Assembly (NCBI GenBank): GCA_038087875.1
Contig: CM075995.1
Coordinates: 1,614,001-1,678,000 of the forward strand
Length of the DNA stretch: 64,000 nt
DNA from: Malacoraja senta
Lineage: Eukaryota
Direction of reading: 5' to 3'
In this document: positions 38,363 to 50,170 of the stretch, one piece after another
Layout of the letters: each line of letters begins with the position of its first letter
Numbering within the stretch: position 1 is the first letter of the stretch
The notes under the pieces: model-generated
Databases searched by the model: none
The model's input: only the letters and a program-made list of their open reading frames with translations
Told to the model about the DNA's origin: nothing
Made by a program: the position numbers and the translations under genes

Positions 38363-38827
38363 TCTATATACTTTTAAAACTCTCTGGCTGTCGTCCGTCT
38401 GTACGTCCGACGGCCTACTTGACTTTGCCGCGCGGCCTTTGATACGGCCCCGGCCCACGCGGCGCGCGGAAAGGCCCACGTTTTTCGCCATTTTCAAAGA
38501 GATGACATTTATCTTTACGAATAGCCACTCCTGATTAAATTCGGTCCTGTTTATGTACACGTTTTTTAATAAAATCCATCCCCCCCCCCCACCCCCATCT
38601 CCGATTTTCTCCGATTTTTTCCGAAAACGACGCCATCTTTTTTCCCCCGATTTTCTCCGAAAACCACGCCATTTTGTTTTCGCCGATTTTCTCCGATTTT
38701 TTCCGAAAACTACGCCATCTTTTTTTCCCCGATTTTAACCCCGGGGTCTGAATCACCTTCGGGAACAACACCCCGGGGTGTCAAGCACTTTCGGGGACCA
38801 GACCCAACGGGTCTGCACTTGGTCTAG
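38363..38827 (+). mobile_element. Non-autonomous Helitron
   Basis: Inserted between A and T with no TSD. 5' end TCTATATAC. 3' hairpin CAGACCC-AAC-GGGTCTG (38799-38815) lies 8 nt before the terminal CTAG. Confidence 0.8.
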
Positions 38828-38869
38828 TATACAATAAAAATAGACAAAATGCTGAAGACAAAATGAAAA

Positions 38870-39092
38870 TTCATGACCTAATTCACGACCTTTTTTACTC
38901 GTGGACATTTTTCATCAGGCTGGAAAAAACGCCCCAACCAACTTGGTGCCACGAGTACCTACGACTAGCATCACGGCCTGATACGACCTACCTACGACCT
39001 CCTACGACCTCGTGACGACCATGCTGCGAGTATGAGTCAAGGGCAAACTCGGCAGAGGTCGTGAATTAGGTCATGAAAGTGGGACAGGCCCT
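38870..39092. mobile_element. PIF/Harbinger-type MITE, left terminus lost
   Basis: Inverted arms TTCATGACCTAATTCACGACC / GGTCGTGAATTAGGTCATGAA. Right terminus GTGGGACAGGCCCT|TAA. Confidence 0.75.
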
Positions 39093-40017
39093 TAACTCAG
39101 CGGGGACAGGCAGCATCTCTGGAGAGAAAGAATAAGTAACGTTTTGGGTCGAGACCCTTCTTCAGACTGAGAGTCAGGGGAGGGGGGAGGCACAGAGATA
39201 TGGAAGGGTAAGGTGTGAAAACGAGAGATCAAAGGGGACTAAGGTCAAGGAACATATAGAATGGATCATTGTTAGCTGAGGGGAAGGTGAAAACCTTCAA
39301 TGCTTTACATAAACTGTTGCAAACCATGTAGAAACTACACAAAGAAAATGTAATACCAGGATAAATATTAACGTAAGTCTGAAGAAGGATCTTGTCCCGA
39401 AACGTCACCCATTCCTTCTCTCCAGAGATGCTGCCTGTCCCGCTGAGTTACTCCAGCATTTTGTGTCTACCTTTGAATTAAACCAGCATCTGTAGTTCTT
39501 TCCTACACATAAATATTAGCGTTTATGTGTTGAAGACCCTGCATTATCACAAAGTTATTAGTTTAGTTTAGTTTAGCACGTAAAGGGCCCTTCTGCCCAA
39601 CGAGTCTGCGCAGACCAGCGATCACCCCATACGCCTACGCACAGGGGGAAATTTACAATGTTACAAAAGCCAATTAACCTGCAAACCTGTACGTCTTTGG
39701 AGCGTGGGAGGAAACCGGAGCAGCCCGGGGAAAACCCACGCGGTGACGGGAAGAACGTGCAAACTCCGTACAGGCAGCACCCGTGGCCAGGATCGAACCC
39801 GGGTCTCTGGCGCTGTGAGGCAGCAACTCTACCGCCGTGCCACCGTGCCGCCCTCGTTAACGTGTCGGGTCGAACGGCTTAAGTGCCTGTCCCACTTGGC
39901 AATTTTTTCGGCGACTGTCGGCATCATTGACTGACATATCAGGTCACCACAAAATGTCGCGGCGTGACGCGGCGTGATGACGATACATGATCACAATGTA
40001 TAGATGCATGATAGAGT

Positions 40018-40094
40018 GGGGGGGGCTTTGGATCAGCGTTCTCGTCGCGCCCCCCCCGTCAGTACCCAGGCTCGCCTGGGGAAGCCAATGATCC
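40018..40094 (+). ncRNA. HDV-like (CPEB3-type) self-cleaving ribozyme candidate
   Basis: P1 G8C 40018-26 / GC8 40049-57; P2 GGATCA 40030-35 / TGATCC 40089-94; P3 GCG 40036-38 / CGC 40046-48 with L3 TTCTCGT; P1.1 C40041-G40058; P4 CCCAGG/CCTGGG with CTCG loop; J4/2 CCAA with the putative catalytic C40085. Confidence 0.8.
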
Positions 40095-40528
40095 TACCAG
40101 CAGACTAAATTCTACAAGACGACGCCTGAGAGCCAAGTCAAAGAATCCTAGTCATTACCCCAAAGCCGAAAGCAGTGACAACGACCAGCCTCAAGAGCAC
40201 CTAGCAGTTGGACCCGCTCTCCGAAAACTACAGCTGAATGTTGAAGGCCTCTCTGCAGCCAAGCGACGCCTCATCGAAGTCCTCGCCCACCAACACTTCA
40301 TTGGCGTCATCTGTCTATTCAGGACTGGACATGGCCCCTGCCTGGCCAGCCTTCACAAATGGGGCAGCAGCCCAACCCCACGGTGTGCTTGTGGAGAGCA
40401 GCAAACAATGCAACACATCATCATCATTGAAGCATGCCCTCAAAAAAGACTTAGAGGACTAGTCACCCTTCATACAGCAGATCAAGAGGCAACTGCTTGG
40501 CTAAAGGACTATGCATTCGCTAAATAAA
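40018..40528 (+). mobile_element. Internally deleted Ingi/Vingi-clade non-LTR retroposon (RIME/SIDER-like architecture)
   Basis: 6-bp TSD ATGACG (39977-39982 and 40529-40534) and a (TAAA)2 tail. It encodes an APE endonuclease N-terminus (LQLNVEGLSAAK...VICL) fused to a C-terminal FRTGHG...LHKWG...CACGE.QTMQHI...CP...WL motif typical of Ingi/Vingi. Confidence 0.85.
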
Positions 40529-42855
40529 ATGACGTATTGACGCGCGATGTCTCCTCAAGTGTCGCAACATTTTTTTTTTTCGCCTGCTGGATTTTGAAAT
40601 CTTTCGGCGACCCTGATACGTCAGTCAATGACGTTGGCAGTCGCCGAAAAAAAATCGGCAAGTGGGACAGGCCCTTCAATGATGCTAGGACTCAATGCAA
40701 TCCTGTTTTTGTGCTCTGGTTCTGCCTTCGTTTGAGACAAAGACCAGAAATGTGTGCAGCGCAAGTACAGTTTAACCAGGTGCGTTTAAACATTAGCATA
40801 AACACTCTGCTACCTTTTCTAAAAGCATCATTATCTTTATCCTGCTGCCAGTTTAATCTGGTTTATCTGGTCTGATCCAAAGATTATTTTCACTTGAAGT
40901 AAATGAGGGGAATTGGACAAAGCGTCAGTGATTGTAAGCAAACATCAATACTAATAGTGTGAATGGTGGAGACACACAAAACATAGCCATATAAGATATA
41001 AATACCAATTAGTTCCCCCAATGTGTTATTAAACTGTTAAACCAATGTGAAAAAACTCTGAAGAGTCGACTTCTAAACTGCTAAATGAGAATGCTAATAA
41101 ATAATACATTTGGAAAACGTGTTTCATTCACAGCTACTCAATGTGCAAATATTATTCTTACAATTACTGCTTTATATACTAGTAATCTCACTTGATACTA
41201 CTAATAAGCAGAAGCACGTTACTGCTTCCAAAAGATCGAGCATCGAAGGTAGAACAGCACAGCAGAGGAACAGGCCCTTCGGCCCGCAATGTCTGTGCCG
41301 CATCTGATGCCACGAGCAACTCTAATCTGATGGAGTTGGCCTTGCCATCAGGTGAGAGCATTATCTCACAGCAGGGAAACAGGCCCTTCGGCCCTACTTG
41401 CCCATGCTGATTGAAGTGGCATACTGGGCTAGTTCCATTTGCCTACATTTGCCACAACGTCCTTTAAGCCCTTCCTATCCATGTAGGTGCGCGAATGTCT
41501 TTTAAAAGTCATAATATTATCCGTTTCTATAGAACTCAACAAACGCTGTTCACTGTACCTTGGTACACATCACAAATTACTAAACTAAACCAATTTCAGT
41601 TTCAGGTTTCAGTTCAATTTATTAAAAAATAGCGGAGTCAGGGGATATGGGGAGAAGGCAGGAACGGGGTACTGATTTGGGATGATCAGCCATGATCACA
41701 TTGAATGGCGGCGCTGGCTCGAAGGGCCAAATGGTCTACTCCTGCACCTATTTTCTATTGTCTATTGTCTATTGTCTATTGTCACGTGCACCGAGGTATA
41801 GTGAAAAGCTTTTGTTGCGTGCCAACCAGTCAGAGGAAAGACAATACATGATCACAATGTATAGATGCATGATAGAGTTATAAGAGTGTGGAGCGATTGT
41901 AAAATGTGATTGTCGATCTGCTTCTGTGGCTAGTATGCAAATGGTCGCCTGGCGTGGGCGCCATCGTGGAAGCATCCCGTAAACTAAACTAAACCAAAAA
42001 AAATGTCACAAGCCATGCATCTGTCCAAATGCTTTTCAAAAGTCAAAATTGTATTCATTTATATAGCTTCTTAGAAACATAGAAATATAGAAAATAGGTG
42101 CAGGAGGCCATTTGGCCCTTCGAGCCAGCACCGCCATTCATTGTGATCATGGCTGATCGTCCCTAATCAATAACCCGTGCCTGCCTTCTCCTCATATCCC
42201 TTGATTCCACCAGCCCCTAGAGCTCTATCTAACTCTCTCTTAAATCCATCCAGTGATTTGGCCTCCACTGCCCTCTGTAGCAGGGAATTCCACAAATTCA
42301 CAACTCTCTGGGTGAGTTGTGAATTTGTGGAATTCCCTGCCACAACCTCTTCTGGCAGGCAACAAAATCTTATCACTGTACCTTGGTGGATGTGACAATA
42401 AACTAAACTAAACTAAACAAAAGATGTTACATGGCTTAACCCTGTTGCAATATTCCTGTATCTCATTCAGAGATGTTAGTAATTGGGCACTAACATCTCA
42501 TTAGTAATCGGGCATTTTTCTTTTTCTCCTAAGATAAGATGTTGCAAACATTACGTACTATCTGCCTGATCTGAGAGAGGCCTCAGCCAAGACCATCGAT
42601 GGGGTTTCAACATGAGAAGGAAAGACAATGACCAGTGGGTCTTGGAAAAAAATTATTCAAGATCAAATTGCTATCTCAATCACAATTCGCTTAAGCTATG
42701 GATTGAGCATTTTGTTCATAAGTGATGAGGCCATTAGGTCCATCAAGTCAACTCCGCCATTCAACCATGGCTGATCTATCTCTCCTGCCCCATTCTCCCG
42801 CCTTCTCCCTATAACCCCTGACAACCGTACTAATCAGGAATTCATCTATCTCTCT

Positions 42856-43672
42856 ACCCGGAAGTGGCGGTGCGGCACTGGCTGCAGCGGCTCATCGGCA
42901 CTCCTGTTTGTTTGTGTTTTTTGTGTTGTTTATTTCGTTTTGGTTAGTCTAGTTTTTGGTTTTTAGTTTGTGTTTTGGGGGGGTGGGGGGTTGTAACGGG
43001 GTTTGCAGTCTCTCCCTGCAGGGGAATGCGACTTTTTGTCGTATTCCCCTTCTCTGCCTCCGTCTGTGCTGAGGCCTAATGGAGCTGATGACCTCGAGGC
43101 TCCGGAGGCAGAGCCCGTCAGGACTCGCCCTGAGCTCGCTCCCGTGAGGGTGGTCCGGCTCAGGGCTGGAACAGTGCTCCCGTGAGCGCCCATGTCGGGG
43201 CGGCCCGGCCCGAGGGAGGTTCGGCGCCCAAGTCGGGGCGGCCCGGCCGGGGGGGAGAAGCGACGCCCAAGTCGGGGCGGCCCAGCCCGAGGCTGAAGAC
43301 GGCACGGTACTCACGTGAGGGTGGCTGGGACGGTGTTCTGGCGGTGGTGGCCTGAGTCTGGGGTTCGGCCGCGGGTCAGCGGCTGCGTCTGCAGGACTGG
43401 TGGGCGGCAGCTTCGACCACCCCGGGCCGCGGTGTTTGAGCCGCGGGAAACATCGCCCGGGGGGTATCACCTCAGCGCAGAGGGAGAAGAGGAGGGAAGA
43501 GACTGCAGACCTAAGACTTTTGCCTCCATCACAGAGGAGATGTTGGGTGGACTCACTGTGGTGGATGTTAATATGTGTTTATTGTTGTTTCATGTACGAC
43601 TGTTGCAATTTCGTTCAGACTACGGTCTGAATGACAATAAAGGGCTATCTAATCTAATCTAATCTAATCTAA
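42856..43672 (+). mobile_element. Unclassified GC-rich non-autonomous retroposon with Rex1-type tail, inserted in a CR1 3' fragment
   Basis: Ends ATGACAATAAA...(TCTAA)n and has internal GTCGGGGCGGCCC repeats. A related 3' segment (TTTTGCC.TCCATCACAG...CTGTGGTGGATGTT) occurs at approx. 6885-6945. Confidence 0.55.
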
Positions 43673-44399
43673 AAATATCCACTGACGTGGCCTCCACGGC
43701 CTTCTGTGGCAATGAATTCCACAGATTCACCACCCTCTGACTAAAGAAATTCCTCCTCATCTCCTTCCGAAAGGAACATCCATTAATTCTGAGGCTATGG
43801 CCTCTGGTCCTGGACTCTCCCACTAGTAGAAACATCCTGGCCACATCCACTCTATCCGGGTCTATCCATTGTAAATAATGAATTCCTGTAAGCAATTTAA
43901 AAACAAGCATTTCCTACAGTAAAATCGATGAGATAAATTATTTGCAGAGTTATGATTTTTTTTTTACATTTGCCTGCTAGATAAAATTCTTAAAGGATTG
44001 GACAGGCTAGATGCAGGAAAAATGTTCCCCATGTTGTGTGCGTCCAGAAGCAGGGGTCACAGTGTAAGAATAAGGGGTAGTGCCATTTAGGACTGAGATG
44101 AGGAAAAACCTTTTCACCCAGAGAGTTGTGGATCTGTGGAATTCTCTGCCACAGAAGGCAGTGGAGGCCAATTCACTGGATGTTTTCAAGAGAGAGTTAG
44201 ATTTAGCTCTTAGGGATAACAGAATCAAGGGTTATGGGGAGAAAGCAGGAACGGGGGAACCGATTCTGGATGATCAGCCACGATCATATTGTATGGCGGT
44301 GCTGTCTCGAAGGGCCGAAGGGCCTATCTCCTGCACCTAGTTTCGATGATTCTATGTTTGTAAGCATTGTCTGTTGTTCAGTGGGAAATAACAAGGGAG

Positions 44400-44590
44400 T
44401 AGTATGAGCGGTGGCTGCGGACGGAGGCAAGTGGGGTGAAAGGTAAGGACCGGGGGGAACCTTATCCTTGTTCCGTCTGGGGGGGGGGGGGGAGGAGGAG
44501 AGGGAGCAAAACTGCGATACAAAGAGGAGTGCTGGATGCTGTGGATGGTGGGATGAAAGTTCAGCACCAGGGGAGTCCTATCCCTCAGGG
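44400..44590 (-). mobile_element. Penelope-like element ORF remnants
   Basis: Two copies of the P(L/P)VL(T/N)FHPT motif in ORF 44352-44744. A further remnant (HTSSHPASCKDSI..SQFL) sits at approx. 51258-51320 next to a hammerhead-bearing unit. Confidence 0.7.
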
Positions 44591-45562
44591 AGCGTCGGGG
44601 GATATGGTGAGAAGACAGGAGAATGGGGTCAGGAGGGAAAGGTAGATCAGCCATGATTGAATGGTGGAGTAGACTTGATGGGCCGAATGGCCTAATTCTG
44701 CTCCTATCACATGACCTTATGACCTTATCCTTAGACGGACTCAAAAAGCAGGAGTAACTCAGCGGGTCAGACAGTATCTCTGGAGAAAAGGAATAGGCAG
44801 GTGGGACTAGTGTAGCTGGGACATGTTGGCCGGTGAGGGCAAGCTGGGCCGAAGGCCTGTTTCCACACTGTATCTCTCTATGACTCCAGGTGATGTTTCG
44901 GGTTGAGATCTATCCTTATTCTGTCTGGGAGTTGGTGGGGGGAACTAGTTTGGATGTAGAGGCTGATAAGGATGAGAGGTAAAGACCCGCATGGTAGTGC
45001 AGCGGTAGAGTTGCTGCCTTAATCAGGGAAGTGATAACTGCACCCACATGGAAACTCACTCATTCAAGCACAATGATCAATAGCCAAACTCTCTGCTTTT
45101 TTTTATCAGAGGTGGAGATGATCAAAAGCAGCGTTTCAATGGAAGAATAACATCAGCTGAACAACTCAGGTGGCACTGTGGCGTAGCGGTAGATTTTGCT
45201 GCCTTACAGTCAATCCTGGCTACGGTTGCTGTCTGTGCAGAGTTTGTACATTCTCACCGCGACCACGTGGGTTTTCTCCAGGCGCTCAGGTTTCCTCACG
45301 CATTCCAAAGATGTACGGGTTTGTAAGTTAATTGGCTTCTATAAACGCGAAACTGGGGCAATTGGCTTCGGGTAAAGATTGTAAATTGTCCCTAGTGTGT
45401 AGGGTAGTTCTAGTGTATAGGGTTCACTGGTCGACGCGGACTCGGTGGGCTGCAGGGCCTGTTTCCGTGCTGTATCTCGCAACTAAACTAAACCAGGGGA
45501 ACTATCCTTGTTCCATCTTATGCAGGGGGAGCGAGACATCATTGGACAAGGGAGAAGTGTTA

Positions 45563-46167
45563 AGGCTCTGTCTTACCTGTTTGCGGTCATCGGCGGTGAA
45601 GCGCGGCATCGCCGGTAGCGGGGACCGCACGGCAACGGCGAGAGCGCCGAGCCTATCCACTGGAGCTCCGCACGGATGCTGCGCGGGGGCCGAGTAATTC
45701 AAATATGGCTGGTCCCACGTGCTTGCGGTAAGTAAAAAAAAAGGGCGGGCCGACTGCGATGATGTCGGCCCGCCGCATGTGACTCACGAGCGGCGGCTGT
45801 GGCGGCGGCCGTCCTGATCGCGGCGCTGTAGCGGTGGCTGTGCCTGCGGCCGTGCCGCACACGTGCCTCACTGGCGGAGGCACGTGCCTCACTGGCGGAG
45901 GCTGTGGCAGTGGAGGTTTGACGCACGGCGCTCGAGCCACACTGGCGGCGGCCCGTGCGGGCGGCCGTGCCGCATTCGTGCATCACTGGTGGAGGTTGTG
46001 CGGTCAGAATATAGTTTTAAACAGTGTAGGTTTTATTTTAGCACCGCGCGGTGTTGGGAACACCGCTGCACGGCCCCGGAATTGTGCGTTCTCACGAGTG
46101 CGCGGTCTATGGCGGCAGATTCTTCCCGTTTCGCCGCCAATGACCGCAGACTCATGAGACAGGCCTT
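45563..46167. mobile_element. GC/CpG-rich ~600-bp TIR element, copy 2 (inverted relative to 27219-27801)
   Basis: TTA|AGGCTCTGTCTTAC...GAGACAGGCCTT|TTA. Carries an internal 21-bp duplication (GCACGTGCCTCACTGGCGGAG) absent from copy 1. Confidence 0.8.
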
Positions 46168-47880
46168 TTATATCGTTAGATCTAAATGAGTTGCAATTAT
46201 TATGCAATTAAGTAGCTATAATAAAAATGGGAAATTATAAATGGCTATTTAGTCCACAAGATTGATGAGAACTGACCATTCCAAGATGAATAAGGAAATA
46301 CTCACAGTGCTAGAATAACTCAGCGGGTCAGGCAGCATCCCTGGAGAACATGGATAGGTGACGTTTCGGGTCGGAACCCTTCTTCAGCTTCATGAAGGAT
46401 ACTGACCCAAAATGTCACCTATCCAGGTTCTTCAGGCATGTGGGTGAAGTCCTTCTGCAGAGTCCCTGCTTTCTCTACACTACCTGCCCTTCTGCCTATT
46501 TTCGTATCGTCTGCAAACTTGGCCACAAAGCCTTCAATCCCCCTCGTCCAAATCGTTAATATACAATGTGAAGAGCAGCAGCCCCAGCACCGACCCCTGT
46601 GGAACTCCGCTGAGACACTGGTAGCCAACCTGAAAAAACAAACCTATACTGCCACTCTTTGCCTTGTTCTTGTTTCTGGGGGAGATCAAGTCATCAGAAC
46701 CCCAGCAGGGTTTTAGAAGCTCGAAACATTAATCCCTCAGAACATAAGGGAGAATTAAATGTCAAAGAACTGAAATAAAAACCAAATGTGCCAACTTGGA
46801 CTGCCAACATTCACACAACACCACGTATGGAAAAATAAATTTTTAATTGTGATGTGTCAGGATGTGCCAGGAGCGCCACATGGGAGCAGCAAGTTTATCT
46901 TTGGAAACTTCAGCATGAACATATCAGGCCAGGTGACTTGAACCCTGCTGTGAAAGAGTTGAGTGTAGACGTTGGGAGGTTGTAGGACGTTGGATGTTGC
47001 AGTTGTACAAGACGTCGGTGATTCGGGGTACTGTGTTCAGTTCTGGGCACCGTGTTAAAGGAAAGATGTTGTCAAAGCTGGAGAGGGTGCGGAGAAGATT
47101 TACGAGGATGTTGCCAGGACTCGGGGGCCTGAGCTATGGGAAGAGGTTGGGGCAGGCTGGGACTCTATTCCGTGGAGAGCAGGAGGATGAGGGGTGATCT
47201 TACAGAGGTGTACAAAATCATTATAGATCGGGTAGACGCACAGAGCTTCTTGCCCAGTGTTTGGGAATCAAGAACCAGAGGACATAGTCTTAAGGTGGTG
47301 GGGGGGGGGGGACATTTAGTTGGAACCTCAGGGGTAACTTTTTCACACCAAGGGTGGTAGGGAGAATCTAGGATCAGAGGCCATAGCCTCAGAATTAAAG
47401 GACATTCCTATAGGAAGGAGATGAGGAGGAATTTCTTTAGTCAGAGGGTGGTGAATCTGTTGAATTCATTGCCAGCAGAATGCTGTGGAGGCCAAGTCAA
47501 TGGATATTTTTAAGGGAGAGATAGGTAGATTCTTGATTGGTACGGATGTCAGGGGTTATGAGGAGAAGGCAGGAGAATGAGATTAGGAGGGAGAGATAGA
47601 TCAGCCATGATTGAATGGCAGAGGAGACTTGAAGGGCCAAATGGCCTAATCTTGCTCCTATCACTTACAAAACTTATAAACATCAATGATTGCATTTTAC
47701 CAATACTTAATTGACTGTAAAGGATTTGAAGACATCGTGGAAGTTGCTATGTGTATTTCTCTCCATAAAATCATTGTTCACCGTTAAATCACATAAACCT
47801 TTCATCATCATTTTACCTTCCGATGATGATTATCTATTCATCTAGAAACGAATGATAAGTATATGTAGCTAATCTCCTAA

Positions 47881-48208
47881 TAGGCCTGTCCCACGACGAT
47901 TTTTTAGGCAACTGCCGGCGACTGTCATAGTCATAGCAGGTCGCCGGAACGCCGACGACAATTTACGTCATCCTGGCGACAACCTACGACAGCACCTACG
48001 TCAGGAGAAGTCAAGCTACGCTCATTGGCGTCAAACCCACTGGCGCCGAAAAGTTTTCAACATGTTGCAAAAATGTTGTAGTGACCAGTAAGACGCTACA
48101 ACTTTCTGCGCGACTCAGGAGACGACTCCCGGCGACCACCGGCGAACATGTGGCGACAAACTGGTCGCCTGTAGTTGCCGAAAAAATCGCCTAAGTGGGA
48201 CAGGCCCA
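47881..48208. mobile_element. PIF/Harbinger-type MITE with TAA TSD
   Basis: TAA|TAGGCCTGTCCCAC...GTGGGACAGGCCCA|TAA. Confidence 0.9.
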
Positions 48209-48839
48209 TAATGCTTTTTGGCCCATTTTCTTTACACTGATTGAAATATGTTATATTTTATTATTCCTCCTTAAGAAATGAATCCAAGCATATCCTCTAC
48301 AAGAATTCATGAGTTATAGTATGAATGTCCATCTGTTACCAAAGTACATATCTTAAACGTATCTTCGGAATTAAAACGCGCAGGGATAATTCACAGTGGA
48401 CAGCAAGTTGTATGCTGGATCATATACTATCTGAATATAATTATACTTTAATGTTGATTTCCCTGGCAGCTGCCATAAATCACTGTTTCAATTCATTTTG
48501 TTTTTCTTGCTGTTTCATTTCATTCTTTTTATTTCTGTTGGTAGCAAAGAATTCACAGTAGAATCATAGTCATAGTGTTATACAGCATGGAAAAAAAGCC
48601 TTTCAGCCCAACTTCCACCTGCCGACCAATATACCCCATCTACACTAGTCCCACCTGCCCATGCTTAGTCCATATCCCGCTAAACATATCCTTTCCATGT
48701 ACCTGTCCAACTGTCTTTTAAACTTCGCGATAGTACCTGCCTCAACTACCTCCTCTAGCAGCTCGTTCCATACACCCACCATCCTTTATATAAAATAGTT
48801 ACCCCTCAGGTTCCCCTATTAAATCATTGGACAAAGTGG

Positions 48840-50170
48840 TGAAATCATTGGACAAAGTCAGCATGGATTTATGAAAGGTAAATCATGTCTGACGAATCTT
48901 ATAGAATTTTTCGAGGATGTAACTAGTAGAGTGGATAAGGGAGAACCAGTGGATGTGTTATATCTGGACTTTCAGAAGGCTTTCGACAAGGTCCCACACA
49001 AGAGATTAGTATACAAACTTAAAGCACACGGTACTGGGGGTTCAGTATTGATGTGGATAGAGAACTGGCTGGCAGACAGGAAGCAAAGAGTAGGAGTAAA
49101 CGGGTCCTTTTCAGAATGGCAGGCAGTGACTAGTGGGGTACCGCAAGGCTCGGTGCTGGGACCCCAGCTATTTACAATATATATTAATGATTTGGACGAG
49201 GGAATTGAATGCAACATCTCCAGGTTTGCGGATGACACGAAGCTGGGGGTCAGTGTTAGCTGTGAGGAGGATACTAGGAGGCTGCAAGATGACATGGATA
49301 GGTTGGGTGAGTGGGCAAATGGCATGGCAGATGCAGTATAATGTGGATAAATGTTAGGTTATCCACTTTAGTGGCAAAAACAGAAAGTAGACTATTATCT
49401 GAATGGTGGCCGATTAGGAAAAGGGGAGATGCAACGAGACCTGGGTGTCATGGTACACCAGTCATTGAAAGTAGACTGGTGTACAGGTGCAGCAGGCAGT
49501 GAAGGAAAGCGAATGGTATGTTAGCATTCATAGCAAAAGGATTTGAGATAGGAGCAGGGAGGCTCTACTGCAGTTGTACAGGGTCTTGGTGAGACCACAC
49601 CTGGAGTATTGTGTACAGTTTTGGTCTCCTAATCTGAGAAAGACAATCTTGCATAGAGAGAGTACAGAGAAGGTTCACCAGACTGATTCCTGGGATGTCA
49701 GGACTTTCATATGAAGAAAGACTGGATAGACTCGGCTTGTACTCGCTAGAATTTAGAAGATTGAGGGGGGATCTTATAGAAACTTACAAAATTCTTAAGG
49801 GGTTGGACAGGCTAGATGCAGGAAGATTGTTCCCGATGTTGGGGAAGTCCAGAACAAGGGGTTACAGTTTAAGGATAAGGAGGAAGTCTTTTAGGACCGA
49901 GATGAGAAAAACATTTTTCACACAGAGAGTGGTGAATCTGTGGAATTCTCTGCCACAGAAGGTAGTTGAGGCCAGTTCATTGGCTATATTTAAGAGGGAG
50001 TTAGATGTGGCCCTTGTGGCTAAGGGGATCAGGGGGGTATGGAGAGAAGGCAAGCACTGGATACTGAGTTGGATGATCAGCCATGATCATATTGAATGGC
50101 GGTGCAGGCTCGAAGGGCCGAATGGCCTACTCCTGCACCTATTGTCTATGTTTCTATGTTTCTATGTTTC
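48840..50170 (+). mobile_element. CR1 LINE, 5'-truncated and frameshifted (RT domain to tail)
   Basis: [42 protein letters not shown]; (CTATGTTT)n tail. Confidence 0.93.

Larger units (their letters stand above)
39882..40675. mobile_element. PIF/Harbinger-type MITE interrupted by a Vingi-like retroposon
   Basis: TIRs AGTGCCTGTCCCACTTG / CAAGTGGGACAGGCCCT. The palindromic arms are separated by the 39983-40528 insertion. Confidence 0.85.
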
